In this document: piece after piece, positions 49,001 to 60,700 of the stretch
How positions within the stretch are numbered: the stretch's first letter is position 1
How the letters are laid out: the number at the start of each line of letters is the position of its first letter
Virus record (IMG/VR): IMGVR_UViG_3300034031_000013
Span: 1 to 64,000 of that record
Length of the DNA: 64,000 bases
Reading direction: 5' to 3' (one strand)
Origin: a virus
Program-made: the position numbers and the translations under genes
The notes under the pieces: generated by a model
What the model was told of the DNA's origin: nothing
Seen by the model: the letters and a program-made list of their open reading frames with translations, nothing else
The model's database searches: none

Positions 49001-49832
49001 GAATATCTGCTCTTTTCTTGTCTTTGATTATAAACCAATCATAAGTTCCATACCTTGCCTCTACAATAACCCGTTCAACCCTACTTGATCCTATGCCTGT
49101 TTTTACCGTTTGGTTATTGTTGCTTGATACGTCCGTCCCTACCGATGGCGTTCCCTCACTTTGCGGTATTACTCTCTTTGATATGGTCGATAAAGCAGAT
49201 TGCTCGTTACCTATGTAAACTAGCTTTGTTCTGTATTGAAACAACTTCCCTGCCATTAGGTTAACCGCCCTGCTTGCATCGTTTGCATAAACAGCCGTTG
49301 GCGGAACCAATAACTGAGCCTTTATCAAAAGAAAGTCCTCTTGTGTAAGCACACCGTATTCGCCCTTTCTAAGCTTCTCTAAGTCAACATAACATGGCGG
49401 AATACAAGTATTGCCGAAGACTAGATACTGTCCTCCTATGAGCTTAATATCGTTTATATAACACTCGGGGTCTAATGGTAGAATATCTATTCCCCCGCTG
49501 TTGGTTTTATTGGTAAATAGCACCGTTTCAACATCGGTGTCAAAATCGATTTCCGTTATTTGATGAAAGCCATGTGAATTGTAAATAAAACCAATCCCTT
49601 TACGGATAGTCTCGAATTTTTCACCTCCTATGGCTTTGTTTAATCCAGGTTCGCGGGTAACGCTTATTGGCGTGGTTGATTCAATATTAGTCACCACCCC
49701 CACTTCCCCTTCGGTAGTGCCTGTAATACGGGCGTTATATGCCTCTAGGTAATCGTTTTTAGCAACTAGTTCAGGTGAACTATCGCTATCCATGCCACCG
49801 CCTGCAAAGGTTTTCTTATCGCTAATTTGCAT
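46062..49832 (-). CDS. Tail tubular / stabilization (nozzle) protein
   Basis: N-terminal FAGGGMDSDSSP....NDYLEAYNAR pattern; 1256 aa; position. Confidence 0.75.
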   Translation of the reverse strand: MQISDKKTFAGGGMDSDSSPELVAKNDYLEAYNARITGTTEGEVGVVTNIESTTPISVTREPGLNKAIGGEKFETIRKGIGFIYNSHGFHQITEIDFDTDVETVLFTNKTNSGGIDILPLDPECYINDIKLIGGQYLVFGNTCIPPCYVDLEKLRKGEYGVLTQEDFLLIKAQLLVPPTAVYANDASRAVNLMAGKLFQYRTKLVYIGNEQSALSTISKRVIPQSEGTPSVGTDVSSNNNQTVKTGIGSSRVERVIVEARYGTYDWFIIKDKKRADILALANTSVNLSNQIYEAYDPATGLYSFTFYNDGLYVNGDVLESDLLADNVPLTAGAIEVLNGNVLALADVTTGYDRPTPDVTLGVSSYSPNVTSEIPSTANVLSATYEEFVSGSAVTGFFRVYIDFKGLPKTNDIINIITSNLENEIYTDRIVSYTVQAGTEDNLLSTIQTLASTLAWPTTVTSENGGVRLYLSGRRRSETPNNGIEHIYNLNIDLANASTGAFKSVSALKSNSSYQLALAHYDAWGRPFPIVSDDSYIVKTQSFAQLRGQSSAINWTFNNTKAPDGAVSAQWLLSPNNTHQKNLFVVGKIATSTTNYLTININSLKEYNKGNEASILEYDYSKGDRATLHYYEGSTTQWLINPSIEVEVLGFEIEAITTPSPTTNYLLKIRKPSDLNVTEATGKSIMLEIFSPKLRAVENSDGKASITPTVFYEIGEQISIANGQYSKTSGIITDGDVYFKTRQYEHPITNTLTTYTVEDFNFSDFYISNFCSFGRPRSYYDVNERENRKATILYSDTFRLGSEINGITRFFAERSYGDGDGETASNYGAIEKMRQRDNYLVILQSLKIGHAQIFGSIIEDQAGQQQIAISDKILGQTRYLQSGSYGMGGAKESYAESRNGTIYFIDFNNSEPVRDGYDGVRPISGKMSKYFKRTLQEAKKSGKKVIGWFDDFNNEYVIAIETRGDILTSFAFSSDNWSIQDTYTVIPANLSVAVGPTKGGLSINTTTGIATYTPNIGETGNDSFTFSFLNGGTQVTKKACIVIQAGVTNVFDFIIADLYNREISTVYYSSSVLVDGNNIPTPISISGGGEYQITRNGVAQSWTNVSGYANNGDFVKVRQTSSASYETTVNTTLTIGNKSDTFSVTTRMEVTPPGDLFNATVDNVSSIAIRLQVLDSSTSQILYDTQIEASGTDTEEIYPTLPGGTFTIILSSNTNNPLISSVILTINGVDETVDNVFGGFYYYNLVPKTTALNIELS

Positions 49833-51764
49833 TGAATACGCTTAAATTATTGGTTGTAGTTCGTTGCCAGCTTTTATACATTTGATCGAGGCTGAAAGGC
49901 TTAACCGCCCGTCTTGCGTTCCTTAAAGAATTGAAATAGATACGCTCATTCTCGCGCTTCGTGCCGTCGCCTGTCTTTCTATCGCCTCTTGAGTCCTGCC
50001 ATATAATCCAGTTGATTAAAGCCTCTTCAAATAGCGGGTGAACGATATAATCTCCGTCCTGCGTTGCTTGAGGGAGGTACTCGCACATTACTTCGCTTTC
50101 GGCAAAGGCAGAAGAAAGCCTGATGCTTGTTTCCCTGTCCTTGCAATAAGAATATTGACTGAGAAGGCTTTCGTTTTCTTCTAGTATAACCTTGTGCCCG
50201 CCAACCTCTACAAACAGGCTTAAGATATTCAGCGAGTCGCAAGGGATACATAGTGTATTATCTGCCTGTACTTCAAGCGGAACAGTGACGGGCTTTCCGC
50301 AAGAATGTAAATGAAGTTCTTTCCTGCCACGTATGGCTAGTTGCGTTAATCTGTAATGCGCAGAATCAGGCAACCGATATTGAAGTAGATATTGGTCAAC
50401 AACATCGCCGAGATATATTAAATTGCTTTCCATTATGCTTGCGCCTCCTTAATTTCTTGCCCGTCGTTCTTTATATCCTGCGGCATCATTAAACTCTTCT
50501 TTAACTCGGCTACGATATTTGTCTTTGCCGTAGCAATCATTCCCTGTGGCATGTTTAAATCAGAAGTTAACCCACCATCTGCTGTTGCTATATCAAGATT
50601 TATGGCTGGCAATTCCAATAGAGGGAACATGTTTTTATTGATGTAGCCGTAAAGTTTATTTCCAACTATCCACATATAAATGTTTTTTACAGGGTTTCGC
50701 CTAGACGACGATTTCATCCTAGCAACCTCGTGCCTCTCAATCATTTTTATTAGTGAAGGATCGGAATTTACATTGGCCGGAGTTATCGTAATCGAGCGTT
50801 GGCTTGGCAACCCTACAGGCATTGATGGAAGCGTTGCTACTTTGTCCCCCGAGGCGGAATCATCAGAAAGAGCAACGTTGTTAAAGCGAACATAGAAAGT
50901 ATCATCGGCGTAAGTTATTCCCTCTAAATTGGTTTTTTCGTAAGCGTTGACTAAAGCGAAGTTGGCGATAGTGTCATTTAGCTTAGTCAGGACAAACCGC
51001 TCGGTTATTCGGGCATCCGAAGGGGGCATACCACCGTATACCTCGTATAAAACCTCCTGACAAAATTCTTTTTTTGTTTTTACAGACATACCTTAGTGTG
51101 CTTTTTGTTCTTCCTGCAATGCGTATTGTTTCAATTCACCGTCACGTAAGCTAATGCCCATATACCCTAATATTTTGGCTACTAGAGTCATTTTAAAGCC
51201 CTCGGCCCACTCGAAGTTGACTGTACCTGTTGCATTATATACGGGAGTTCTACCCCCGCTTAGTGTATAATTCCACTTTACACTAACAGGTTTTTTCAGA
51301 TACGTTAACTTCATTGCCGTTAAGCTTGTCGGGTATACCTGCAAGTACAATCCCGCGTCGGCATAAATCGGGTAATCGACTGTTGGGGCATCAATAGAAC
51401 TATCCAAATAAGCAGGGATAAGATTCATTGGCTTCCAATCGGCTAGTTTTGTACCGACAATTACGGTATCAATAAACTCTACGTCCGTCGGTAGCGTAAA
51501 AACTCCCGCTGAACCCGTGATTGAATAGTTTGGTACTAAGAAAGGGGCAAGGTCGCGGTCGATGATTTTATTCATTCCAGGTGTTACCCTTGGCGTTGCC
51601 TTTCCTTGCTGATAAAGGGTCTTAATAGGGGTTATCTTTTCCCGGTGCAGATCAACGTTGGCAAGTTGAGCAAGCCTTGTAAATTCCTCGGGAGATACCA
51701 CCGTATGCTGTTGCTTTTGACACATCGCATACACTATTTTTTTAACCTCGTCTATCAGTATCAT
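49822..51764 (-). other. Three ~200-220 aa head-tail adaptor/ring proteins (51093-51764, 50433-51089, 49822-50433)
   Basis: Size and order between capsid and nozzle genes, as in crAss-like and Cellulophaga-type podoviruses. Confidence 0.6.
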
Positions 51765-51859
51765 AACCTAAAAATACCCAATAAACTAAGGTGCTTTTAA
51801 CGAAAAACCCCCACTATCTCTCGACGGCGGGGGCAAGGCACTGATTATGGAAAGGGTCT

Positions 51860-52807
51860 TTAAACCTTCTTAGAATACACCTCCCAAAATTTCTTTCCCT
51901 CTGCCGAGGTGAATGTCCATTCTGCTAGTTCTCCTGCGGTCTTGTCCTGATTTTTGGTGTTTCTAACTTCACATACGGGTACGCCTGTATCTGTCCATAC
52001 TACACTGTTCTGATCTGCCTTTAACGTTAATATTCCCTTTTCAAAGCCCTTCATGATTGCGTACTGCTTGTCGAATTTAGGGTTGCTAAGATTGTCGAGT
52101 ACCAGTTTTGCGTTCTTTGCCGCTACTGATACATCTGAATCATTGAAGAAATCACGAAGCCTGTTGCGTAATGCCAAGTCATCGGTTTCAATAATATTGA
52201 AGATAATTCTTGCCAGTGGGCGAAGTTCATCCGCATCTCTCTCAGCAAGTTTTTGTCTTACTTTATCAATGGTGTCGTAATCTTCGTTTTTCTTTTTCTC
52301 TAGCAATGTTTTATCGCGAAGCTTAAATAGTGGTTCGCGCTGATTTAAACGTCTTGGGTTGTCCTCGTTGTCGTCGTGGCGTATCAGGTAGTGAAGTTTA
52401 TTAACGTCCGTTCCTTCTACGGCTAATTCATTGTTGTGAAACCCGATAAACGGCGGGTCTAATGCTAATAGCGAGGCATCCATTTCGTCAACGAAAATTG
52501 TGTCTGCTACGGGGATGTATTTAATCTCGCGTATACGGTTAAGTTCTACGTCGAAGATTTTGTTACTGCTCCCTACAACCACGTTGCGGCTTGCTTCTGA
52601 TTTCTTTACCAGTTCAAAAACATAGCTTGCTGACGGGTCAATTTCTAATTCCATACTCGTTTTCTTTTTTACTTCTTTGATCGCTACAGTTGCTTCGGGT
52701 TGAACTTGTGGTTGATTTGCCAATGCCTCCCTTGCCTCGCGTTCTCTTTTCTCCCTATTGTACTTTACAAGTGGGTTTTCTTTTTTTTCTATTGTTTCCG
52801 TTTCCAT
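51860..52807 (-). CDS. Conserved protein downstream of the capsid gene
   Basis: 315 aa; synteny. Confidence 0.6.
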   Translation of the reverse strand: METETIEKKENPLVKYNREKREREAREALANQPQVQPEATVAIKEVKKKTSMELEIDPSASYVFELVKKSEASRNVVVGSSNKIFDVELNRIREIKYIPVADTIFVDEMDASLLALDPPFIGFHNNELAVEGTDVNKLHYLIRHDDNEDNPRRLNQREPLFKLRDKTLLEKKKNEDYDTIDKVRQKLAERDADELRPLARIIFNIIETDDLALRNRLRDFFNDSDVSVAAKNAKLVLDNLSNPKFDKQYAIMKGFEKGILTLKADQNSVVWTDTGVPVCEVRNTKNQDKTAGELAEWTFTSAEGKKFWEVYSKKV

Positions 52808-52863
52808 TGTCCTTTATTTAATAAAAAAGGGAGAGACACGCCCTCCCTTTAAATTGGTTTCTA

Positions 52864-54204
52864 CTAAGAGAAGTTTGGTTGTAACCACATATAACCGTTC
52901 AATCCGAAAGGATCAATACCTTTTCTTGTTACGTGTGATATTACCAAATGCTCTATATCGTCCGTTGATGGTTTTGCTAAACCTCCTGTTTGACGGATTT
53001 TGATTGGAGCGTCTGTCTCTTTTTCACCTTGCCATCTTACGCGGAAACGTGGTACGTTTGTGCCATCAGGCTGTACTCCAAATCCTCTAGGAATCATCAA
53101 GCAAGCGTTGTTGTAGTAGCCTGTATTAACGGCTGCTCCTGCGATTGCTGCTGAACTAAAGTGTTTGTAAGTGGTGAAGTTAAACTTAATGTCATTTACA
53201 GAATATGCGCTGTAGTTGTCATTAATCTTCATTGGCCCTTCTTCGTAAGCTTTACCCCAAACGATACCGCCACCTGCGCCATAAGTAGAGCGTAAGAACG
53301 CTTCAAACTTCAAGCGGAAGTTGATATTCATTAAGGCATCATACTCCCATGAGTAACCTTCTGCGTCGATTAAACGGGCAAGGTTATCAAAGAACGCCTG
53401 ATTGATAGCTGTAGAAGATGTATCTACCTGACCGAACTCTTTCACTAGAGGGATTAACGCTCTGTGATTGTCTTCAACACCTGCTACGCCCGTGATTTTG
53501 TCGATAAACATCAACAGTTGCTCTTGGTCGTATAAGAACTTCTCGCGTTCTGCCGCTTGTTGGCGGAATTTGTAGCTGTTCTCGAATCCTGGCATATCCA
53601 CCTTCTCGAATAAATTCCAGTCAGTAAACTCTTGCGAAGATTTGATTGTAGCGCACTCGTTGTAAATCTTCTCGTCAATACGATAGATTCCCTGTTGGGT
53701 GCCTGATGCTTGGCCTACGATTGTCGGCTTGTAAATCAAAGCATGAGCCGATGTAATATTTACTGAACCGCCTAATGTTGCGTTCTTTAAACCTACAGTG
53801 TGAGCATTGGCAGTAGATGTGCTTTTCGCTACTACCTGATACAACTCACCGTTGGTATCATTCATGTAGTAGTGTCCGATTCCCGGAGGCGAAGTTGTAC
53901 CGTTTGTTGCGTGGTAAGCACTTGTAATAGTTGCTGTACCTGTTGCGTTGGCTCCTGCTGTTACTGTAGCTGTAGCCTTGAACATCGGAATGCTCTTGCC
54001 TTTTTGAGTCCAGTGAAAGAACTTGTTGTTTGGAGTGTAAACTCCTGCACCCTGTGCCTCTCTTGTTACGATGTAATTCTCGCGTAGAAGATTCGGGTAC
54101 TTTTCGATAAAATCAGGATAGGTCTTTTCATTCAAAAGACTCAAATCTGATAGTAATGTTCTCGTAGCCTGTGCTACCGAGATGTTTGATGGTTGTCCTG
54201 CCAT
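52864..54204 (-). CDS. Major capsid protein
   Basis: 446 aa after portal and scaffold; followed by a terminator hairpin (~52823-52850). Confidence 0.75.
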   Translation of the reverse strand: MAGQPSNISVAQATRTLLSDLSLLNEKTYPDFIEKYPNLLRENYIVTREAQGAGVYTPNNKFFHWTQKGKSIPMFKATATVTAGANATGTATITSAYHATNGTTSPPGIGHYYMNDTNGELYQVVAKSTSTANAHTVGLKNATLGGSVNITSAHALIYKPTIVGQASGTQQGIYRIDEKIYNECATIKSSQEFTDWNLFEKVDMPGFENSYKFRQQAAEREKFLYDQEQLLMFIDKITGVAGVEDNHRALIPLVKEFGQVDTSSTAINQAFFDNLARLIDAEGYSWEYDALMNINFRLKFEAFLRSTYGAGGGIVWGKAYEEGPMKINDNYSAYSVNDIKFNFTTYKHFSSAAIAGAAVNTGYYNNACLMIPRGFGVQPDGTNVPRFRVRWQGEKETDAPIKIRQTGGLAKPSTDDIEHLVISHVTRKGIDPFGLNGYMWLQPNFS

Positions 54205-54225
54205 TACTTAAAGGTTTTTAAGCGA

Positions 54226-55284
54226 CTAGTACCGCATCAGCGAAACTTCGGGGGCTACCTCTCGATTGGTTTGTTGGGTTGACTGATTGTTCCTCAACGT
54301 GGAATTTTTCAAATCTTTTTCAATAAACTCTTCTCGGGCCTTAGCAATCCCTTCTTTCACTACTGCATCTCTAATCTGTTTACTAAATTTGATTTCAGCT
54401 AAGTGGCTTAAATACCCCGGTATGTTGAACTTACCATCTTCGGGAAAATACTCTTTTACCTCTTCTTGCGTAGGCGTGTACACCTTCGCGAAGTCCGCTA
54501 ATTGTTTACGCTTATTTTCGTCAAGCTTAAATTCTGACTTGAAAGTAAACTCACTGTCATCCAGAACTATTTTAGGCTCGATTTCTATTGTTTCGATTTT
54601 TAATGAGGCAGAATCTATTTGATTAAACATTTCCTGCTGCTCTTTTTTAAATTGTACTTCCTGCTCGGCTAACTCTGCCTGTGTTGCCTGAAACTCTTTG
54701 TAAGATTTGTAGCCTTCGTCGGTATCAAGCGGGTTAGGCAGGCTTGGCAATTCAAAGGATTCCGCTTTTTCTTTAAAGAATCCATCCGCCTTGTAAAGAA
54801 GCTCTTTACGCTTGATTTCCTGCGATTTAAGCTCCTTTTTCTGATCTTCGGTAAGTAGTTCCGCAACGTACTCTTCCGCCCCTATACCGAACTCCGAAGC
54901 CGCTTTAAAGGCTATGTCATCTTCATCAAGCATTGGGTTTAACTCCTTTAGGTATGCCAGTACCTTTTGATCGGAGGAGTAAGATTCGTACTCAAACTTT
55001 TGGCGCAATGCCTCGTATGCTTCCTTTTCTTTTCCCTCGCGGATTGTTTCGTAAAGCCAACGGTCTTTTTCTGATTTAAATTCAGGAACGAAGGGCGCTA
55101 CAACCTCTGCTTTTTCTTCTACCTGCGCCGCTACTTCCTGTATCTCCTCGGTTGGTGTTTGTTCAACCACCTCAGATGCTGTTTCTTGAATTTCTGTGTT
55201 TTCTTCCTCAATTACCGCCTCTTGTTCTACTACAGGATTCTCCCGTAAATAAGCGGCTAACATTGAATCAACTTCCTTTTCCAT
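54226..55284 (-). CDS. Probable scaffolding protein
   Basis: Very acidic and helical; between portal and capsid. Confidence 0.65.
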   Translation of the reverse strand: MEKEVDSMLAAYLRENPVVEQEAVIEEENTEIQETASEVVEQTPTEEIQEVAAQVEEKAEVVAPFVPEFKSEKDRWLYETIREGKEKEAYEALRQKFEYESYSSDQKVLAYLKELNPMLDEDDIAFKAASEFGIGAEEYVAELLTEDQKKELKSQEIKRKELLYKADGFFKEKAESFELPSLPNPLDTDEGYKSYKEFQATQAELAEQEVQFKKEQQEMFNQIDSASLKIETIEIEPKIVLDDSEFTFKSEFKLDENKRKQLADFAKVYTPTQEEVKEYFPEDGKFNIPGYLSHLAEIKFSKQIRDAVVKEGIAKAREEFIEKDLKNSTLRNNQSTQQTNREVAPEVSLMRY

Positions 55285-55324
55285 GTATCAAATTTAGTTT
55301 GAATTATAAAGCGTTTTTGGCGTT

Positions 55325-57718
55325 TTAGGCTACCATTTGCTCACCTTCCATTCCCTCTTGTTCTGCCATATCCTGCTGTTCAGCCATGTGTTCTTCCATT
55401 GCTTCCTGCTCAGCTTTAGCTAGTTCCTCTTCGTCTAGTTCTTCGGTTTGCCTGTCAATGAGTTTCTGCACAAAAGCAGGTATCGCAAACCCCGTTTCCA
55501 TGTTTTTAAGGAGGGCTTGACTTACCAAGTTTTGGTAAATAGTATCACGGCTTATCTTCCCCTTGGCGGCTTCTTTTGCGATTGCCATTTCATCGGACTT
55601 CTGCTGATTTTCTTGAGCCAGTTGCATTTGCTGTTGTGCCTGTTGCCCTTGAATTGCCTGTGCTTCCTGCGCCTGTTTTGCCTGCGCCTCCTGTGCTTGT
55701 TTGGCTCGTTGCTTAGTTACGAACGAAAGGTATTTAATCGCTTTCTTGACGTTGGTTTTGGCGTACTCCCGAATGATAAGGGAATCTTCCAACTGAATCA
55801 ATCCTGCACCTAGCGACCGTTCGATATTCTGCTCTAATTGAGCCATTTCATTAGCAGGGCTACCTACCTTAATCATTACATCGTAATTACTATCGGTAAT
55901 GTCCTTGCGCTTCTTAATAAAGTCAGCATTGGCTTTATTAAGAAGCTTCATGTACATACTATTGGCATCGGCTGATTTTAAGGTATCCCAAAGCCTTATC
56001 GCAATCCCTTTGACCGAATTGCCCATGATGGATATTAAACCTCCGTAGATGTGAGATGTGGCGGTATTAGAGGCTTTGATTTGATTGTTCATTACATTCA
56101 TTCCCTGCCTCTCGCCTACGCCTATCCCATCTACTGCTTCGTTTACACTGATATAGGTTCTGATGTTGTTGAACTCGAAGTTGTAGATGTTAATATACTC
56201 CCCAAGGCTACTTCCCATGCTATAGGTCGCATCCTGCATAGGCGGGTTCTTATTCTCCCCGTCGATACCTTTGCTTGAGTAATACCTATCACCTGTTTGA
56301 AGTCTTATTTCGCGAAGCTTCATTGGATTTGTTTTACCAATGCCTTCGCCTAAATCAAGGTCTAGTACCGAATCAATATCCATCTGCACCCCATTTGGCG
56401 GGGTTGTAGCCATTAACTGCATGATTTTCAGTATGGCGATATCCATATTAATAATCGAGGATTCTAAGTAACCCATTGGGGACTTTGGCAACATCGTTCC
56501 GTCATTACTCAACATATAAATCGAGTAGCTGAACCGCACATCTTCTTTGTCCTCGTTGCTTCTTAGCAGGTTTTCCATTTCACCCCACTTGGGAAGTAAA
56601 TCGGTTCCTACAATCCAGGCTCCCGAATAAATGGTTGGTATCGGGTAAGAGAACGGTTGCTTGTTAGGGTTGCTTGCTTTACCTTCTTTAAGGTCGAATA
56701 TCTTACGACCGTTATTATCTTTCCCCTTTACTCCTGTGATGTATTTAGTGGCACGATATTCAAAGAACATAATATCAACTAAGTACCCATCATAAGGGCG
56801 GGAATTAACATTTACGTCCTCCCATGCGCTATTCCAATCTCCTAGATTAGACGGGTTGCCATTGCTGTTAATGTTGTTCTTGGCGGCTTTATATAACTCC
56901 TTTTCAGGGATATTAGGCCACATACAGCGAACATCGACAATGCTCATCCGTTCCATGTGACCGCAGTAAGGGACTTTTGCCGAGATGTTCAATCCTTCGG
57001 TTGTGCCGTAGAAAAGAAACTCGGATTTGATGCGCTTAAGGCGGATACGATTAACACCGTCGAAGTAATTTTGGGTTGCGGCAAGGGCGGTGTCTACCAA
57101 ATCTCCTACCACTTCTTTTTTAATATCTTCCCAATCGTTATTGTACAGAACAAAGTTTATTCCCTCCTCCATGAGAAGTTCTTCACGCTCTTTGTCGTTC
57201 AATTCCAGCCACATATCAAGTTCTTCCTCGTTCTCTGGAACAAAGGCGTTTGGATCTTCAAACTCGACTCCCGTTTCCTGATTTATCGCCCCGATGAACT
57301 CCTTTTCCTTCATTCTAAAGGCGGCATCGTTCTTCTTATCTTCCTTGCGCTGTTTTATTTCAAGGGATAGACCTGTACAATCTACACGTTCTACCCGCTC
57401 CATTATGGAGTTAATAAGTATATCTCGAAAGTGAGGTGCTATTGGGCGTGGATGGTATTCTAATTTTATAAAGGCTTCGGCAGGGTTTATTCCCATTATC
57501 TCCCAATACCTTGCCATAGGCTGTTTCCCCGAGGCGAAAGCTCTGCTCGTCTTGAACATATCGTTTCGCTTCTGATAGTAGCCGTTGGTTCCATCAATAG
57601 TGGCAGCGAAGATTGATCGGGCTACAGAAATACCATAAGACCGTGAGTTCTTAATGTTGTTTGGTAAAATCGGGCTTGGGAACACCCCTTTTTCAAACTC
57701 TATTTTGTCTTCTGCCAT
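55325..57718 (-). CDS. Portal protein
   Basis: 797 aa directly after the terminase; Q/A-rich C-terminal barrel. Confidence 0.8.
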   Translation of the reverse strand: MAEDKIEFEKGVFPSPILPNNIKNSRSYGISVARSIFAATIDGTNGYYQKRNDMFKTSRAFASGKQPMARYWEIMGINPAEAFIKLEYHPRPIAPHFRDILINSIMERVERVDCTGLSLEIKQRKEDKKNDAAFRMKEKEFIGAINQETGVEFEDPNAFVPENEEELDMWLELNDKEREELLMEEGINFVLYNNDWEDIKKEVVGDLVDTALAATQNYFDGVNRIRLKRIKSEFLFYGTTEGLNISAKVPYCGHMERMSIVDVRCMWPNIPEKELYKAAKNNINSNGNPSNLGDWNSAWEDVNVNSRPYDGYLVDIMFFEYRATKYITGVKGKDNNGRKIFDLKEGKASNPNKQPFSYPIPTIYSGAWIVGTDLLPKWGEMENLLRSNEDKEDVRFSYSIYMLSNDGTMLPKSPMGYLESSIINMDIAILKIMQLMATTPPNGVQMDIDSVLDLDLGEGIGKTNPMKLREIRLQTGDRYYSSKGIDGENKNPPMQDATYSMGSSLGEYINIYNFEFNNIRTYISVNEAVDGIGVGERQGMNVMNNQIKASNTATSHIYGGLISIMGNSVKGIAIRLWDTLKSADANSMYMKLLNKANADFIKKRKDITDSNYDVMIKVGSPANEMAQLEQNIERSLGAGLIQLEDSLIIREYAKTNVKKAIKYLSFVTKQRAKQAQEAQAKQAQEAQAIQGQQAQQQMQLAQENQQKSDEMAIAKEAAKGKISRDTIYQNLVSQALLKNMETGFAIPAFVQKLIDRQTEELDEEELAKAEQEAMEEHMAEQQDMAEQEGMEGEQMVA

Positions 57719-57773
57719 TGTTTTTATTTCGTGTAATCAAATTTACCCACGAAAACAAGGCGGTTTTGGCGGA

Positions 57774-60700
57774 TTAAGCACCTCCTAGCCGATACGTCTT
57801 GATGTATCTGATACCTGACTGCTTTGATTGGATTGGCTTGGTTTTTTCTTTTAATGCCATAAGGGAATATCCAAATGCCATGCCCGCATCATAGTCGGTA
57901 CGTTCTTTAATGTTGAACTTGAGCATATCCCTTAAAATTCTAATGAAGTAGATTTTCTCCATGTTATTTAAGGCGTACTCTACCATTTCGGTAAGGTGTT
58001 CTTCCCGCGATTGCGTGTCTTGCGGGGCTATGCCGTATACTTCTGAGTCATCGGCACGTTTAGTAGTAACGAGGTAGCCGAATTTCTTTTTTTGGTCTAT
58101 AGGGCTTGCTAAGCGCCTTGCTTCGTCCGTTGCGTAATCCTCCCAATCGGTAGGTGAACGCTCGGCAAGCATCCGTATTCCGTAGTATTCTAAACCCCAA
58201 AAGATTTGATTGTGAAACTCCTGTTTAGTTTTTGGCCTGCCGATAAACATTGCTACTGGCATCCCTGAATTGTGCGGGTTAAGCGCATTTCGCCGTTTAA
58301 ATATCACACAGCAAGCATCCGAACCTTTATCAACCGTTTGCTTGGCGTTGGCGAATGTATCAAGCCCTGCCGCCCCGTACGAGGTGTTATCGGGGCATTT
58401 AATACTCCCCTTAAAGGCGAACTTATTTGCTTCTTCAAACGGCAGTAATTCAAGGATATGCCACATCCCTTCTGAATTATCTACAAATTCTACCTTTCCG
58501 CCATCGGGTTTCTTAAACAAGCCTCTACGCCCGTTTTCATCGCCTTTATGGGTAGCGTCGTTCCAAGGAGTTTTCCCTTTTGATTTTATAATTTCCTCTA
58601 CCCGCTCGATTTGATTATTGAGGTCGATTGTATTGAAGTGGCAAAGATTATTGGCGGATTTAAATACCTCCTCGGGATTGTAAGGAACCATACGAACCTC
58701 CTCCATGTAATCTTCGGGGTCGTTCTCTTTATTTTTACGCTGTAAATCGCAGTATTCTTTTGAGCCGATAAAGGCGTTTAGGCATCGAGGGTCTTTCTTA
58801 AGCCATTCTGTTTGCTCGGGTGTTGGGGTTTCTACAACGGAGTTGCCGAATTTGTCCACGAACCATTCATAGCCCATGAATCCTGGAATAAAGAGGCGGT
58901 ATAACTTCTTCTCGGTTTGCCCCATCGCATCCCGTTTCAACTGGCTTGAGCCGTCCCATACTGCTTTATAATTACTCCCGCCCTTATCTGCACTATTTAC
59001 GGTGGTAATCAATAGAAGCCGCCCAACGTTCTTGCCTGCAACTATACTTTTTAAAGCTATTGGCAGGTAAGCATTTATGTCAACCTCTTCCCATTTACCG
59101 CAATTCATCGAGAGGGTAAAATCCTCTAAAATCAACCGCTTGTCATCGAGGTTTTCCGTTTTCAGTTGTATCCCCACGTACTTACCAACACCTTCGGGTA
59201 TCACCTCTATTCTATTTCGCCTGTATTTAGCGGTTTGTTTATATGCCGGAAACTGCTTGCGGTTTAGTTTGGTTGGGATTATCGACAAATCACCACTTAT
59301 TGATACGACATAGCTATCCGTATTATAGTTTGTGTTTTTAAATCTGGGAGTTGATGTCGAGAAGCCTAACGATCTGGCAAGAAAGCAGATTTGGCCTATT
59401 AAATCTTCTCTTGACATGCAGATATGTATAGAGTATTTTCTTTGATCGCAATGACCATCTGTATCTATAATTCCTGCAAGTAACTGTAGCCGATTCTCCC
59501 TTGAATTAAACAGGTATTCATCCGGTATAAACTTATTTTTATAAACCCCCAATCGCTTCAACTCATTCAAAAGAGGATTTGATTTACTAGTTCTAACGTG
59601 CCTAACGAAATAAATACATTTGGCCTTTTTTGAATTTAGTGGCTGGTAAATTGATGTATCGTAGCCTAGTTTAGTTGCGTATTCTTTCAGATAGTCTATT
59701 AATTCACGATCTTCCGGTTCGTTTACAACAAACCCGATATTGCTACCAATCCCATCCCCAATCCAAGCACCGAAAACATAAGGGTCAATTAGGTTATCTA
59801 TTTCAGGAAAATCAATACCACTACTCCTTAGCCCAAATGTTGTCCGTTTCCTGTATTTGCCCAAGTTTATAAACTCCTCGGGGGTCATAGTCTTTATACC
59901 ATCGTCAAAAATTGACTTTACATTACACCTTTGCTCTAAGTATAACTTATGCTTTGAAGAAACGATATAATCTTTCGAGTAAGGCTGTTTGATACGGTAC
60001 ATGTCGTCGATACCCGAAACGGTATTTTGAACTTCTATTAGCTTCCCACCTTCGACAACAACCTTATCGCCAATCTTAATATCCTTAATCGCCTTGAAAG
60101 TATAGCCCTCAACCATGATTTTAGTTTCAGGATCGAAACACTCGTCAACTAAAAGCATCCATAATCCATCGCCGTCAAAAACGTTACCCGAAGTGGCTCT
60201 CCATTCAATCTTATTATTTAGTCCATCTCTGGTGCTAGATGTTGCCCGATCTTTAGAAGCTCTCTCTGGCGGTTTAGTTATATGTAAAACTTTAGCAGGG
60301 GTATCGTTGCCGCTAATGCGAGGTTTTAAAAACGGCGGCAGGCTAGCGAAGGCATTAACAAGCATCAACTTGAAAATCTTCTCCGCATCTCCTCCCGTCT
60401 TTGAAACTATTCCCTGTTCGATATTGGCCTTTATCAATGCGAATTGAAGCATTATGCTTATACTCATTGTAGAGACTCCAATACGCCTTCCCTTCATTAC
60501 GTTTCCGCCTCGACATCTGGGGTCGGAGAATACTATTTCCATAAATCGGAAGAATAAAAGCGAAGTATCCTTATATGTAGGGTACACCCCTTCCTTAGTA
60601 ATTGCCCATTGATGGAAGAAGTAACAGAACGCATTAAAGAACGTAGGGACTCCGTTAATTAGAATCCATTCACCGTTCATAATACGGTCTATTTCAGCTT

